Assembly: GCA_907165135.1 (NCBI GenBank)
Contig: OU015569.1
Coordinates: 4,216,001-4,280,000 of the forward strand
DNA: 64,000 bases
Direction of reading: 5' to 3'
From: Oikopleura dioica
Lineage: Eukaryota; Animalia; Chordata
Shown here: positions 49,469 to 61,881 of the stretch, in pieces
Numbering within the stretch: position 1 is the stretch's first letter
How the letters are laid out: each line of letters starts with the position of its first letter
The notes under the pieces: generated by a model
The model's input: only the letters and a program-made list of their open reading frames with translations
Told to the model about the DNA's origin: nothing
Database searches by the model: none
Program-made: the position numbers and the translations under genes

Positions 49469-52400
49469 ATGACAGAGAGAATGCCGATTCGCGTGGGACC
49501 CTTACAACGCCATATTTACCCGTATTCCGTAGCTGTCGACGATTTGCTTACAAGAACTAAACAAATCATCGTTGATCAAGACACAGGTAATTTCTATACA
49601 AATAATTCATTTAATGCATCAGTAATACAGTAATACAGTATTGTTTGCGTGGAGAATCGTTCACAATAATTGCTTTTATAAAATTTCTTTTGGAAATATT
49701 TAGGCGCGCGTCTGAAAGAACCTCGCAGCCTTTACTCGATTGGAAATTATGGACAAGAAGCAAAGTAAGTTTCGATTTGGCAATAAGTTATTACTTTTTT
49801 GGAATAACCAATAAAAGAATTACTACAGGCATCGAAGTCGGTCGCTAGGGAGATAGTTTTAATCGGCGGAAATGCGTATTTGGACTAAGCAAGTCTGACG
49901 GTTACGTAAATGTTGTCACCTGTTAAAAAACCTTTTAGGTTTCCGAATCACGTTCAAGTGGCATTAGATACGCCAGATACTCTCAATTGCGAGCCGGAAA
50001 CTCACAATGAGGTAAATTCAAACGTTTTGGTAGAAATTCATACTCCGTTCAATACAGCCACTTTACGAAAATCGAGGTGACGAGCCAAAGCCAGAACCTA
50101 GAGCAACACTGAGTCAATGCGTTTACTACAATGATCCCGGACCAGACAATTATTTCATGCGTTCCCGAGCGCGTGGCAAAAAACCGGTCAATTTACCCGT
50201 ACCTACGGGTGCAGATACGCTTCATTTCGAATCTCGGTTTGAATCTGGTAATCTTCTGCGAGCGAGCAAAGTTGGAGAATTCGAATATGAGCTAGAACTG
50301 CGGACTGACTTGTACACGAATCGTCATACACAGTGGTTTTATTTTCAGGTGAGCTAGTACAATAGCGCTCTCAAATTTAATGCAGTAGTCATTGACCTTT
50401 TAATAATTCTTCTATGAGATCGTTTGTCCAAATATCATAAATTGACAGCACTTTTAGATCAAAAACATCCGCCCTGATGTGAACTACAGATTCACCATCA
50501 TAAATTTCTCGAAACCATCTTCGCTTTACAATAATGGCCTCAGACCCCTGATGTACTCAACTCATCTTGCTGAAACACGTGGAAAAGGGTGGATAAGAAA
50601 CGGCGAAAACATCCGCTATTACAGGCGTGCGATTCCAACACCATCCGGTAGATCACAGTACTGTTTGACTTGGACAATGAAATTTCCTCACAATGATGAC
50701 ACTGTTTACCTCGCTCATGACTATCCCTATACGTATACGGATCTTCAACAGTATCTTGACACGCTGACAAACGATACTTCAAAGTCGCGCTTTATCAAAA
50801 CTAGGAATCGTTGAAGCAACTGTTAAAAAATCCTGAAATAAGTATTTCTTCACTGAAAATGACTTTGGTTCATCGCAAAAGAGAATTTTATGCAGAAGTC
50901 TTGCCCAGAATTTTGTTCATATTCTTACGATAACGAATCCCCATGAGACGTTAGAAGCAAAGCAGAAGAAAGTAGTTGTGATTTCTGCTCGAGTTCATCC
51001 AGGTGAAACAAATGGTAGCTGGATGATGAAAGGTTTTCTGGACTTTATCACATCTATGGATCCTGACGCTGTCACTTTGCGAGGGCATTTTATATTCAAA
51101 GTGATTCCGATGCTCAATCCAGATGGAGTTATTGTTGGCAACTATCGCTGCAGTTTAGGATTCGGGAACGACATCGATAAAAGTCGAAAGTAAATTTGCA
51201 GAAGAACGATATCTTATCACTGAGCAGATAAAAAACGTACAGTTATATCCCGTCATAAGCCGGAAGAGACCTGAACAGGCGCTACAAAACGACGCTGCGT
51301 GAGGCTTTTCCCGCGATTTACGCGCTCACCAGAAACGTTCAAATCTTCCAAAAAGAACATGAAGTGGCGTTCTACATAGATCTGCACGGACACTCGAGGA
51401 AGCACAATGTCTTTATGTACGGCTGTCAGTCTGTCGAGCAGCCTGGTCTCGAAAAAGTTTTCCCATACATGATGTCGCTGAATGCCCCGGGAATCTTCAA
51501 ATTCGAATCTTGCAAATACAAAACTCAGGTGCGCGTGAATTTATTTCGAAATACAGTTCGCGACAGGTGTGGCTCTAAACTATGGGGCGTCCTTTTGTCC
51601 GGACAGCGGAAAAGCCTATTTGGCTTGATACTGTCTCGCTCATTGAGGGTCATTGATCGTTTCCGATTGATTTTTCAACATTTTTGTAAAAATCTATTTA
51701 CAATGCGGTCTGATCAACGTCATAACAAATCTATCTAGATCTCTAAGCATAATCGTTATAATGAGTTTTGTTTAGGCGAACAAAGAAGGAACCGGGCGCG
51801 TATTTATGCATCGACTTGGTGTAAAGAATTCTTTTACAATGGAGGCTTCTTTTGGCGGGTCAACACTGGGGAGCCGGGCTGGCACGCATTTAGGAATAAA
51901 AGACTTGGAACGAATGGGTCGACACATATGCGACACATTACTCGATTTCTATGATCCCGATCCGGCAAAGGTTTCATTTTACTAAAAAATGGGAAAAGAA
52001 TTTGTAGATCCAATACTGCCAAGATGAAATTTCGCAGAAACTAAGGGAAAAACTTATTGCTAGATATGGAGAAGATCAAATTCCGAAAGATCCTCAGCTC
52101 CTTCATGATTTCGAGTCCGACACTTCCGGAAGCAATTCAAGCTCAGACGAAGGCTTGCCAGCACATCTTGCTGAAGAGCATCAGGTTATTCCTTCATTGT
52201 CGACTGTCAACCCCTAACAATATTTTTAGAAGAGAAAAACAAAGTGGAAAAAACGGCAACCAAAAAAATCGGATGCAAAGCGACTCGACCGCTCTCAAAG
52301 AGCGAAATCGGCAGAAGACGTAAGGTTGCCACCAATATCGTTTATTGAAATCTCTAAGGCATCGAAATTGCTGAAAAACGTGAAAGTTCGACCGCCAAGA

Positions 52401-53418
52401 CCGACGCCTTCAAGTACATCGAATGGGCACAATCGCTCAGATGCGGAATTCCACTCGACCAGCACAAAAAAGGTAAAACTTTCGTTCGATTCGCACAATT
52501 CCAAATTGCACAAAACGGAACAGTCCATTTCCAGACATATCAACTACTCACCGATCTGAACGAACACATAGTTCTACCACCTATCGGTCTCAATCACTGG
52601 CGCCCCTAGACATGGTATTGTTTTTTCATGTATGCGCTTTTTTGCCTTTTTTATTATGGGTCCTTAAACTCACGGCGGATGCAGGTGTCAGAGATTTTTG
52701 CAGTATATTTCGATTCAGAATGCAGAAGCAAAGGAACGAGTATTAGTACCATTGAAGCCCAACAATCCGCTTCTCATGCAATTTGGTCAAGGAAGCAATT
52801 CAAGTCAGGAATCGGGGCGTAGCAGCTTATAGAATGCAGTGCATAAAAATTATTCCGCTTGTACGGTCACCGCTGTGAGCATAATGATCAGTCAAGACAA
52901 CAACCCAAAGTGCCGAGTACCAAGACAATAGTCAACCTCGCAGGACGGGATTTAGATACAATATCCACGCAACTTTTCAGCAAGGATAGAGCAAACATCC
53001 CCAGAACAGTAAAAGAGACTAAAACTGAAAAAAGGGGCTTTACTGGAAGGCGAAAAACGCACTGTCGAGTCAGATCTTCGATCAACAACACATCCAGCGA
53101 GCAGATCGGACAGTGGCACACAGTTTGGGTATTTTAAACTTCGATAACAACAACATACATATCTCATTTCTTCTATTAGGAGACCACTCATCAAAAGCAG
53201 ATGCAAAAACTGAGAGTTTTGCAACGCAGCGTCAAACTAAATTCCAAGGTCTCTCGATCGAGACATATCTTAAGCACTTACTCAAAGTGCGAGGACCTCA
53301 TAATGCAAGCAAAGCCTTGAAGCCGCAGAAAAGTGAGGGTGCACTTCCAGATACCATGTCGCAGATCACAATTGGACAGCTTCTATCAACAACTCGAGGG
53401 GCAAGTTCTAGCCAGTAA
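49469..53418 (+). CDS. AGBL2: Cytosolic carboxypeptidase (tubulin deglutamylase), AGBL2/AGBL3-like
   Basis: [90 protein letters not shown]. Confidence 0.92.
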
Positions 53419-53519
53419 GTCGAAAGCAATCATTTAAGTTTTATGGTGAATGATGCCCTGCATATCATATGCATGATCATTAAGGTCGAAGAGAAAGTTG
53501 ATTGATATAATCGACTCAA

Positions 53520-53914
53520 ACTCTACGCTAGACCTCGCGCTCTTCAAAGATCATTTCGATGTGCAGACATTTCGCGAACTCTTGCAATATCGCTTCCAAG
53601 ACTGTCATCCGAGTTTTGGCAATCCGAAAGGAGCCACAAATTCAGCAGCATCTGGCTAATCAAGCAATTACCTCAGCACCATACCGCAGTATTTCAATGA
53701 TTATTCTGTCTCTGCAAAAAGCAAATATTCTTCTGTAAAAGTCAGTAGCAGTATCATAAAATTGCCATTTTGAGCCACCGTAATAAATATTTTTGTTTCT
53801 GGAAATCGCATGCTTCATAAATAATTCTTTTGATTTCCCTCCACTCAAAATTCGCGGAAGTAATATATCCAGTCCTCGAAGCTTATTCAGAATAAGTTCT
53901 TGTAAAAAAAACAA
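53520..53914 (-). CDS. Possible coding fragment, unassigned
   Basis: Open minus frame ILLPRILSGGKSKELFMKHAI..IEILRYGAE; no start or exon chain resolved. Confidence 0.25.
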
Positions 53915-54027
53915 TCAAAACAAAAATCAAATCAACTTCAATCGAATCTCTTGATTACAAGTTTGCATGAAAAATAGCATACAGATTTGCGATTCGCAAA
54001 AACAAGGCATCAGTCGGTGATTTTCAG

Positions 54028-57000
54028 TCGGTGGGCGACGTGTCCGCCACGACTAAGACAATTGACTTCGAGCGTCTCCACAATTTCGCGCGATCAGCTC
54101 CACAACCGTCCACCACTGCTAGACCAGTCCCCTCTCAGACACATGAACAGAAGTTGCATCAAAGAGTTCGTTATAAACATATTCCGCCCTTTAAAAAACC
54201 GTCTTCACATGATGACGACGGAGACTATGACGGTGACAAGGTGCGCAAGTGCGCTGTGATTTTATTGCAAATAAAATTGAAATGAATCTATCGCAATTCC
54301 TGCTCTAGTTGATTGCCGCCTTACCCGATTGAACTTTGATTGACGCCGATTTGTGCTTTATTTTTTATCGACTAAAAACCGACTGAAGGAATGTTTTAGC
54401 TTTCTCGCATTACACTGACGTTTGTCCGGGGCAATTCGGCCGAATTGGTAATAATCTAGCTCCTCGTTATGACATTTTAGATATTTTTTACTCTAGTCAT
54501 TTTTTAAACAATTATTAGCGCGAGGAGGAAGCGCTCGGTCCATTAAACCACCACGGTACATGACGTTTGCGCATTGCACCAAATGTCAAACTCTGTTTTG
54601 TCATTTTTTCATCACAAGAGTGCACAATATTCGCGCACGTTTGTCTGGTTATATTTAGCTCTCTGGGCCAGATATAATTGAAATGCTATTCAGAAACGGT
54701 TGGTCGCGCTGCCGCGGAAAGCGAGCGCGTCCATGTGGGTCAGTCCTTATGAAGTTGATCCGGACGAGGTGAAAAAACAAGTAGCCAGCCGTTTGCTCTA
54801 CTGATTCCTAGTTGATCGCACTGATGTGATTTGTTATGTGGTAGATAGGTGCTAACTTGACTAACGGCTTTATTTATGCGCTGAATAAGTTGGCTTTACA
54901 TCAATTTTAGCCCGGATATCAGGAGGCGGTAAGGGTGGCCGAGGCAGTGTGTTACAGTCGCTCCAGCAGCGACCAGTCAGTACGGCGCGAAGCAGATCGC
55001 TCGCACCACCACACGGCTTCTGCTGATTACGATCCACACACTCCTGCTAAACATGCACTGTCGCATTTAGACAGGTTTCATGATCCATTTCATGCTCGTT
55101 ATCGTCGAAGGGAAGGCTCCAAATCAAAAGGTGATACTAGATTGCCGCTGTTGTTTACTAACATTTTTATTAAAATGTAGCTGCTCAGCTAGCTCTTGCA
55201 CTTAAAACGTATCCAGTTACGGAAGAAGAGATTCTTTACTCGAACGTTATGCTTAAACAATCCAAATTGCCATCCATCGCTAGATATCCTAACTTCGGTT
55301 TCCCTCGAATAAAAGACTAACAAGTTTAATTTTGTGTTTTTTTTCTCACTTTGATAGAACGAGAGAGCGCCCATAACACACTGCTTGTAAACGGGAAGCC
55401 GCGCGACGTGGAACCACTGAAAACAAGGAAGACAATACAGGTTAGTCATTGGTCGAGAAAAATATAATTTTCACCAAAATTTCCAAACTTTTTTTTTTGT
55501 TTTCTCTATACTCTAGATGTGTTCTAGAGGTCCTAAAACCCCCCTTTCGCCAGAAAAAACCACGTGAAGCAAAGAAAAAAAATCGATTTTTTCGACTCGA
55601 AAACTCGAAAATCGGAAATTTTCACCAGCCCATTACTCATCCTTATCGATGAGTCAGCATGATGAATCATACCTCATTAGATAGCTCAGAGTCTGAACTT
55701 GTACGGACCGTTGAGAAACCGGTGCGGACTTCAACCGGTTGGTCACACGGTAAGGTTGAAAGTTGGTCAATTTTCCGAAATTTCGAAAAATGCCCATCTT
55801 CAAGCGATGATTACTCATACTTCCTGATGACTAATTTTGGCCAGTATATGGCCACTTATGGTCAACTTTGGTCAAGTTTGGCCGGAGGACCCCGGAGGAC
55901 CTCCCTGGTGGAAGACCATCCGCTGGAAGACCAATACTTAGTATTTCAATATATGGCTGTGCTCGGCCAATTAATGGCCACGTATGGTCAAATTTGGTCT
56001 CGTTAGGCCGAAAGTCCTCCGGAGGACCTCCCTGGTGGAAGACAATCTGCTGGAAGTCCAAAATTAAATAATGAAATAAAATGCTTGCTGGGCTAAGAAT
56101 TGAAATCTTCGGCAAACTCTGGTCACGAGAACATTAGAATCATATTTTGCGACTGTTCTAAGTTAAAAAAAAACATTTATTTCGACAAGAAGAAAAATCA
56201 AAACTCATAGAAATAATGAAGTTTGAAAATCGGAGTAGAACTTTGACGTTCCAGGTCGATCATAAGAACTGGTTCCGTTGTTGGTGTATGAAGAATAGCC
56301 GGCTCTCTGGAATCGCTGTCAGCATATCCAATTCCATCGGTACTGATCCCAACTACCCAAGAGCTTAGAAAAAGGATGCGCTTTTTGACTATGTTAAAAT
56401 CTTATATTTTGAGCTATTAAGGTATCATACATGTTTCTAACATTTCAGCGCAGCCCAACCTATCGCGCTCTGAAAGTGGAGCTATTTTTCTCAAGATTTT
56501 TGTCTCTGTTCGAATTGGAGCTTCGGTAGCTATTGTGATAACGGAATCTTCGGAGTTACTCAGTCCATTTGGGAATTTTATGACTGACGCTATTTTGCCA
56601 AATTTAGCAAAGGAGATCCAGCCCTATATAAGCTCTGCAAGATACGAATTCCCTTTTTTTTTAAATTTAAATGGATGATTGACGAGATTGAGACTTCACT
56701 TAGCCTGTTTTGTGTCGAGCCTAGTCCTTATAGTCCCACAGTTCGGGATGGATTTCAGAGTCTTCACAGATTCGGTTAATTGATAACTTTGCCTCAGTGA
56801 AGATGTTGTTCCGAACTGTAAACTTCCGAGCCGCGGCTATTGAATGAAGTCTACTATCATTTCTCTCATTGAGCTCATCGTCGGATGAAATGGATTCAGG
56901 ATGCGAATAATTATAAAAATCGTCTTCACAACTGCTCATTTTTGGTTTTCTCGAACTGAAGCTTGAAATTTTTTTTTGTATTCTATGGCTTTGGCTTCCT

Positions 57001-60000
57001 TTGTTTCAATAAATGGTCATGGTCAAGGCATTAAAATTCATAAATGCAAAAAAGATTCGGATTAAAAATTTTGAAACCTCAACAAATCGAACAACAGACA
57101 AACCAGAGCGATAAAGATTTAATGTGAAAAAGAAATTCGAAATTTCTGAAACAAATTAATTAAGCTCGCTGTCATAAGGATATGATTTGATGCATGTTTT
57201 TCCAAAATTAAGAATCGAGCGCTAGAATTGACGTCAATGCAAATTGCGCGCTTTGTACAAAACAATGGATCGCCACGATTGCTTGATTTTAAATTTATGA
57301 AAAACTGTAACGGTGCCAAAAAATTATCAATTAGTCGGGTATAAAAGGGTGACGGGTGATTTCTATCTTCATCATTCTAGCAATGGGGCTTAAAGCAATC
57401 ATTTTCATATTGCTGCTTGCCTCCATCTATCTTATTCAACGTGACAATTTCCGTATAGTTAGAGAAACTTACAAAGAAATTTTTGAAAAAGAGAAACCAA
57501 ATCAGCGAAGTCGAAGAGAAATTGATGACGAAGACTACGCAGAATGGCTTGCCGTTAGCTCAACACATCCAGCTCCTAGCGAAAAATCACCAAAACCTCA
57601 TAAGATTCTTCTATCAAATCAATTTTCGCTGAATGGCACGGTTTCAAATCACAAAATTTATACATTTAGGGAAGGTTCGATATCATTTAAATTGAAGTTT
57701 TTCATTTTTGAGAAAAGACAGGAAATTTTAAAAATCGTTTATTCATCGATATTGAACTCTAAGAAGTGCTTTACATTCATTTGCATTAAAAATGAAAATT
57801 GACACTCCTATACCTGAGACGTCGAAAAATGATGAAAAGGTTTGTTATTTCTGTTGATATAACGTGCTACCTGAATTTTTAGCTTCTAAAAATACCAACT
57901 CTACTCTCAATCATCAGCGAAAAACCCGCGATTTCGGCGAGCTTCTTATTTCAGCGAACTGAAGATGGTTTAAAACACTGCGCACTCAATACTGGTATTC
58001 CATCAGATGTTTACAAACGCGTTCTCAGAATGATTATGGTGGAAAAATGCGCAAAGGTTACTCATGACTATAAACCTTCTCTTATAAGATTAAGATGAAT
58101 GATTTTGAAAAAACAATACACGAGTCGATTAGAACTAATATGGTTGACCCATCTGATCCATGTGTCGCGGCTTTGATTCACGCAGTTGAAAAGACTCTTA
58201 GAAGTTTAAGCCGTGAACATCGTGCTTTGCCAGAAAATTTTCAGGATTTTGTTACTTCAAAATTGTCATTCATTATTTCTGTTCAAATTGTTTTTTCTTT
58301 TCGGTTTTTCATCTTCGTTCTTAAATACTTGTTCATTTTTTTGATAAATATATGTTTGTCTATTGAGATTTTCTTAATTTGAATGTGGTCTGTTCTGCAG
58401 AAATTTGAAGTATCAACACTTTTTTCGCAGGCACTTGCGACCGACCGATTTATTGCCGCACCGGTTTAGTATTTTTTCTAGAAAAAACAGATATTAAGCT
58501 TCTTATCAGTTAACCTTTTGAAAATACAGCCTGACTAGACCAATATTGACTATAGGTGGCCATAAATTGCCCGAGCACAGCCATCTTTTGAAATTCTAAA
58601 CATTGGTCTTCCTGCAGATTGTCTTCCACCATAGAGGTCCTCCGGGGGACCTCCGGCCTGACTAGACCAATGTTGACCATATGCGGCCATAAATTGGCCG
58701 AGCACAGCCATATATTGAAATTCTAAATATTGGTCTTCCAGCGGATGGTCTTCCACCAGGGAGGTCCTCCGGGGTCCTCCGGCCGAACTTGACCAAAGTT
58801 GACCATAAATGGCTATATACTGGCCAAAATTAGTCATCAGGAAGTATGAGTAATCATCGCTTGAAGATGGGCATTTTTCGAAATTTCGAAAAATTGACCA
58901 ACTTTCAGCCTTACCGTGTGACCAACCGGTTAAAGTCCGCACCGGTTTCTCGACGGTCCGTACAAGTTCAGACTCTGAGCTATCCAATGAGGTATGATTC
59001 ATCATGCTTACTCATCGATAACGATGAGTAATGGGCTGGTGAAAATTTCCGATTTTCGAGTTTTCGAGTCGAAAAAATCGATTTTTTTTCTTTGCTTCAC
59101 GTGGTTTTTTCTGGCGAAAGGGGGGTTTTAGGACCTCTAGAACACATCTAGAGTATAGAGAAAACAAAAAAATAAGTTTGGAAATTTTGGTGAAAATTAT
59201 ATTTTTCTCGACCATTCGATTCCGATATTTTCGAAAAGTATGAATAAGCTTAGCGGCGAGAACCGATGTTCCCATATCTTTCGCCGTCTGCTCTCGGCAA
59301 CTTTATCGGAGAGGAAGCCATGTACTGCCCCGAATCTTCAAGCAGCGACAGGGCTGTAAATGACAAGCCTCTTCCAGAACTATCGCCTCCGGACTCGCTC
59401 CAGCCTAGAACGGATAATCAAAAGATACTCAATTATTCTCATGAAACTACAGATAAAATTTTCGTGAGTGAGAGGAAGCTTCTCAACGACGGGCGCCTGT
59501 CACAGCAAGAATTCAATAATATTCAAAAACAATCCAAAAAGAAGGAAAAGAATGGTTCTCTACAAGACATTCTATTTCGTGATCTTATCAGCAGTTCGGA
59601 GTCCAAAGCGTCCACAAATTCTAAAAGTACAAGAGCCGTCTCAAAGTTGGGCTCTGAAACGGAATCTTTCCCAATGAACTCCAAAAATAAAATGGAAAAA
59701 TCGCTCGCTTCGTTTGAAAAAAGAGTACCTAAGTTTGAGGATACGAACAAGACTCTGGAAGTTCCGAATTCAACTAGCAGAGCGCTAGAACAGAAAGAAA
59801 CAGCGCACTCTAAAATAGCCCAACCTGAAGAGCAGTCAATGGCAGAGGGAACCAGAATCGAAAAGAAGACTAAACCAATCCAACTAGCGACAAGTAGAAA
59901 CGGAAAACAAGAGAAGAAGCAGCCACATGTTCAAGAAAGAAGTGTTCAAAATAAAAAATTGGCTAAAATGGAAAAGAAAAGCGAAAATTCTCAAAGGCCA

Positions 60001-60315
60001 CTCCGATTTAGAAAACTAAACGAGACGAAAACATTGAAACCATCAACAGATGCAGAAGATAGATGCAATACAGAATTAGTAGAGGAAGCCAAAGCTTCTG
60101 ACGGCGACCTTTCGTCTCGTCTTATTGAGAGCGTTTTACGAAAAATAAATGGACATCCAGCAGAGCATGAAGATATTGAAACTCCTGAAATTCAGAGCCG
60201 AAAATCATTGAGCAAAATGAAACCACGCCCATTAATGGAACTAGCAATTGGAAGCAGCAATCTACCGACTACGGACAGGCCGACGACTGCTGTTAGCAGT
60301 GATCTTTTATGTTGA
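54028..60315 (+). CDS. Low-complexity S/K/E-rich host gene whose ~4.1-kb intron contains the long-TIR element; 5' end not found
   Basis: Phase-compatible joins ..DYDGDK/PGYQEAVR..EGSKSK(G at 55131)/AA CCG ATG (59261) into the 349-aa ORF 59266-60315. Confidence 0.5.
55848..56065 (+). repeat. ~126-bp tandem unit (about 1.7 copies) at the inner end of the left TIR
   Basis: ATGGCCAC..GGTCAA..GGAGGACC..GGAAGAC recurs at 55848 and 55974. Confidence 0.8.
56198..56939 (-). CDS. Cargo orphan gene A inside the long-TIR element
   Basis: MSSCEDDFYNYSHPESISSDDELNE.. plus exons GWISFAKFGKIASVIKF..CAEMLET and IVKKRILFLSSWVVG..HYFYEF*. Confidence 0.4.
57383..58382 (+). CDS. Cargo gene B: signal/anchor peptide, furin-like RSRR site, hydrophobic C-terminal segment
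   Basis: MGLKAIIFILLLASIYLI..NQRSRREIDDEDY; later exons LLKIPTLLSII..MVEKCAK/IKMNDFEKTIHES..; the C-terminal hydrophobic stretch may be partly intron. Confidence 0.5.
58525..58825 (-). repeat. ~126-bp tandem unit (about 2.3 copies) at the inner end of the right TIR
   Basis: Reverse-complement units at ~58556, ~58683 and ~58809. Confidence 0.8.
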
Positions 60316-60624
60316 TTCGGAGTTCTCATTAGCTAAATCTGACTAAATTCAAAACCCATTTCGACATTAAAAATCACTGCTATTCATCAGCGAAATGGGT
60401 TCAAAGAGAATTTTCGGGAAGTCAAAAACTATCGAAATCAACGAACACTCTGTTGATGAAAATCTCAAATCTATCGGAAAGCCTGAAGTAGGTTCCCAAA
60501 ATCGACAATTCATTGAGATGAATTTCAATAAGAATTTTTGGGGCGAAAAAATTTTTTCTGAGGTCAACACATATTCTGAAAGCCCGTAAAAAGTTACGCC
60601 GATTCCCGAAATTCTAGGGTGAAA

Positions 60625-60643
60625 TGACGTCATTATGACGTCA
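60625..60643. promoter_or_regulatory. Tandem full CRE/ATF sites (TGACGTCA x2), left arm
   Basis: TGACGTCA at 60625-32 and 60636-43; function not shown. Confidence 0.4.
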
Positions 60644-61394
60644 TCAGCCTCATTTGAAAATTTTTCAGAATCCACGCTTTTTGAAGGGGTTCACCCTTAG
60701 AAATTTTATTTTTCTCGACGGAATCGTGTTCTTCATCGAGTAAGGAAGGTTGCAAAGGAAAAAATTTTCCGAACCGACCGGTTTCGACCGCGGTAAATCG
60801 CGGTTTGTCCAGTTTTTAGCCCCAAAACCAGACATATTATATAGCAATCGACGCAGAATTTAATTATCTTTTCAAAATAAAGCTAACCACGGTTAACCAG
60901 GCCTTAACCAACCGGTTAAATGAGAAAAAACGCAAAATTCATAAAATTGGCAAAACGCCAAATTCTAGGAAAAAAGTAAGGTTTGAACAGTATTTTTATT
61001 TTTTTCTTGCATTATGCAGTAAGGTTTGAACAGTATTTTTATAATTTCCTTCATAATACATTTGTATACAAAAAATATCTTTTTTCATCATTTTTTGTTT
61101 CTCGGTAGTTTTACTCATTTTTATTGATGGTAACCGGTTGGTTTATGCCTGATTTATCTTTATTTCAAAAGAAAATTAAATTCTGCGTCGATTGATATAT
61201 AAAATGTCTGGTTTTGGGGAAAAATCTGGGAAGACCGCGATATACCGCGGTCGAAACCGGTCGGTTCGGAAATTTTTTTCCGTTGCAACCTTCCTTATTC
61301 GATGAAGAACAAGATTCCGTCGAGAAAAATAAAATTTCTAAGGGGGAACCCCTTCAAAAAGCGTGGATTCTGAAAAATTTTCAAATGAGGCTGA

Positions 61395-61413
61395 TGACGT
61401 CATAATGACGTCA
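61395..61413. promoter_or_regulatory. Tandem full CRE/ATF sites (TGACGTCA x2), right arm
   Basis: TGACGTCA at 61395-402 and 61406-13; function not shown. Confidence 0.4.
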
Positions 61414-61881
61414 TTTCACCCTAGAATTTCGGGAATCGGCGTAACTTTTTACGGGCTTTCAGAATATGTGTTGACCTCAGAAAAAAATTTTTCGCCCCAA
61501 AAATTCTTATTGAAATTCATCTTGAGCATTATTTAGTAAATATCGTCAACGAAGTAGACGCCGAATTCAAGGCTATTACCAGAAAGTACGACAACCATAC
61601 GAAGCCTCAGCCAAATATTTTCCTCCCAAAAGCGATAAAATGCAAAAAATGAAAAAGAGAAACCAACATTTAAAAGTTTTTCACAGCCTGTAAATCAGTG
61701 TAAATTACTTTCAAAATAAACAGTTCATTTTCGTAAATTGTTTATTGTCAAAAGTGAGATTAAGAGAATAAATGTGTAATAGGCCGTTGGAAATGTGATA
61801 AGATAAGGTCTACTAATGAAAAGGAATGAAAGAAGTGAGGATGAGCGAAGATTTATAATCCTAAATGTAAAAGTGTTCGCC

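Larger units (their letters stand above)
55451..59213. mobile_element. ~3.8-kb foldback-type element: long TIRs, internal cargo genes, no visible transposase
   Basis: Arms 55451-~56065 and ~58525-59213 are highly similar inverted repeats starting GGTCGAGAAAAATATAATT; ATT on both outer flanks. Confidence 0.75.
60517..61521. mobile_element. ~1-kb foldback MITE with putative TTGA TSD
   Basis: ~380-bp arms GATGAATTTCAATAAGAATTTTTGGGGCG.. / ..CTTATTGAAATTCATC; TTGA at 60513-16 and 61522-25; 25-bp direct repeat in the spacer (60975, 61018). Confidence 0.88.

Noticed and set aside
55189-55449. 86-aa minus ORF abutting the left TIR
   Set aside because: No homology or splice support; possibly a chance intronic ORF
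55449-56071. ORFs duplicated in both arms (MVEKNIIF.., MMNHTSLDSS..; also 58550-59275)
   Set aside because: They derive from the TIR and tandem-repeat sequence, have non-ATG or arbitrary starts, and show no transposase motifs
58497-58514. TTCTTATCAGTTAA resembling part of U2 snRNA
   Set aside because: Only ~13 nt match; the rest of U2 is absent
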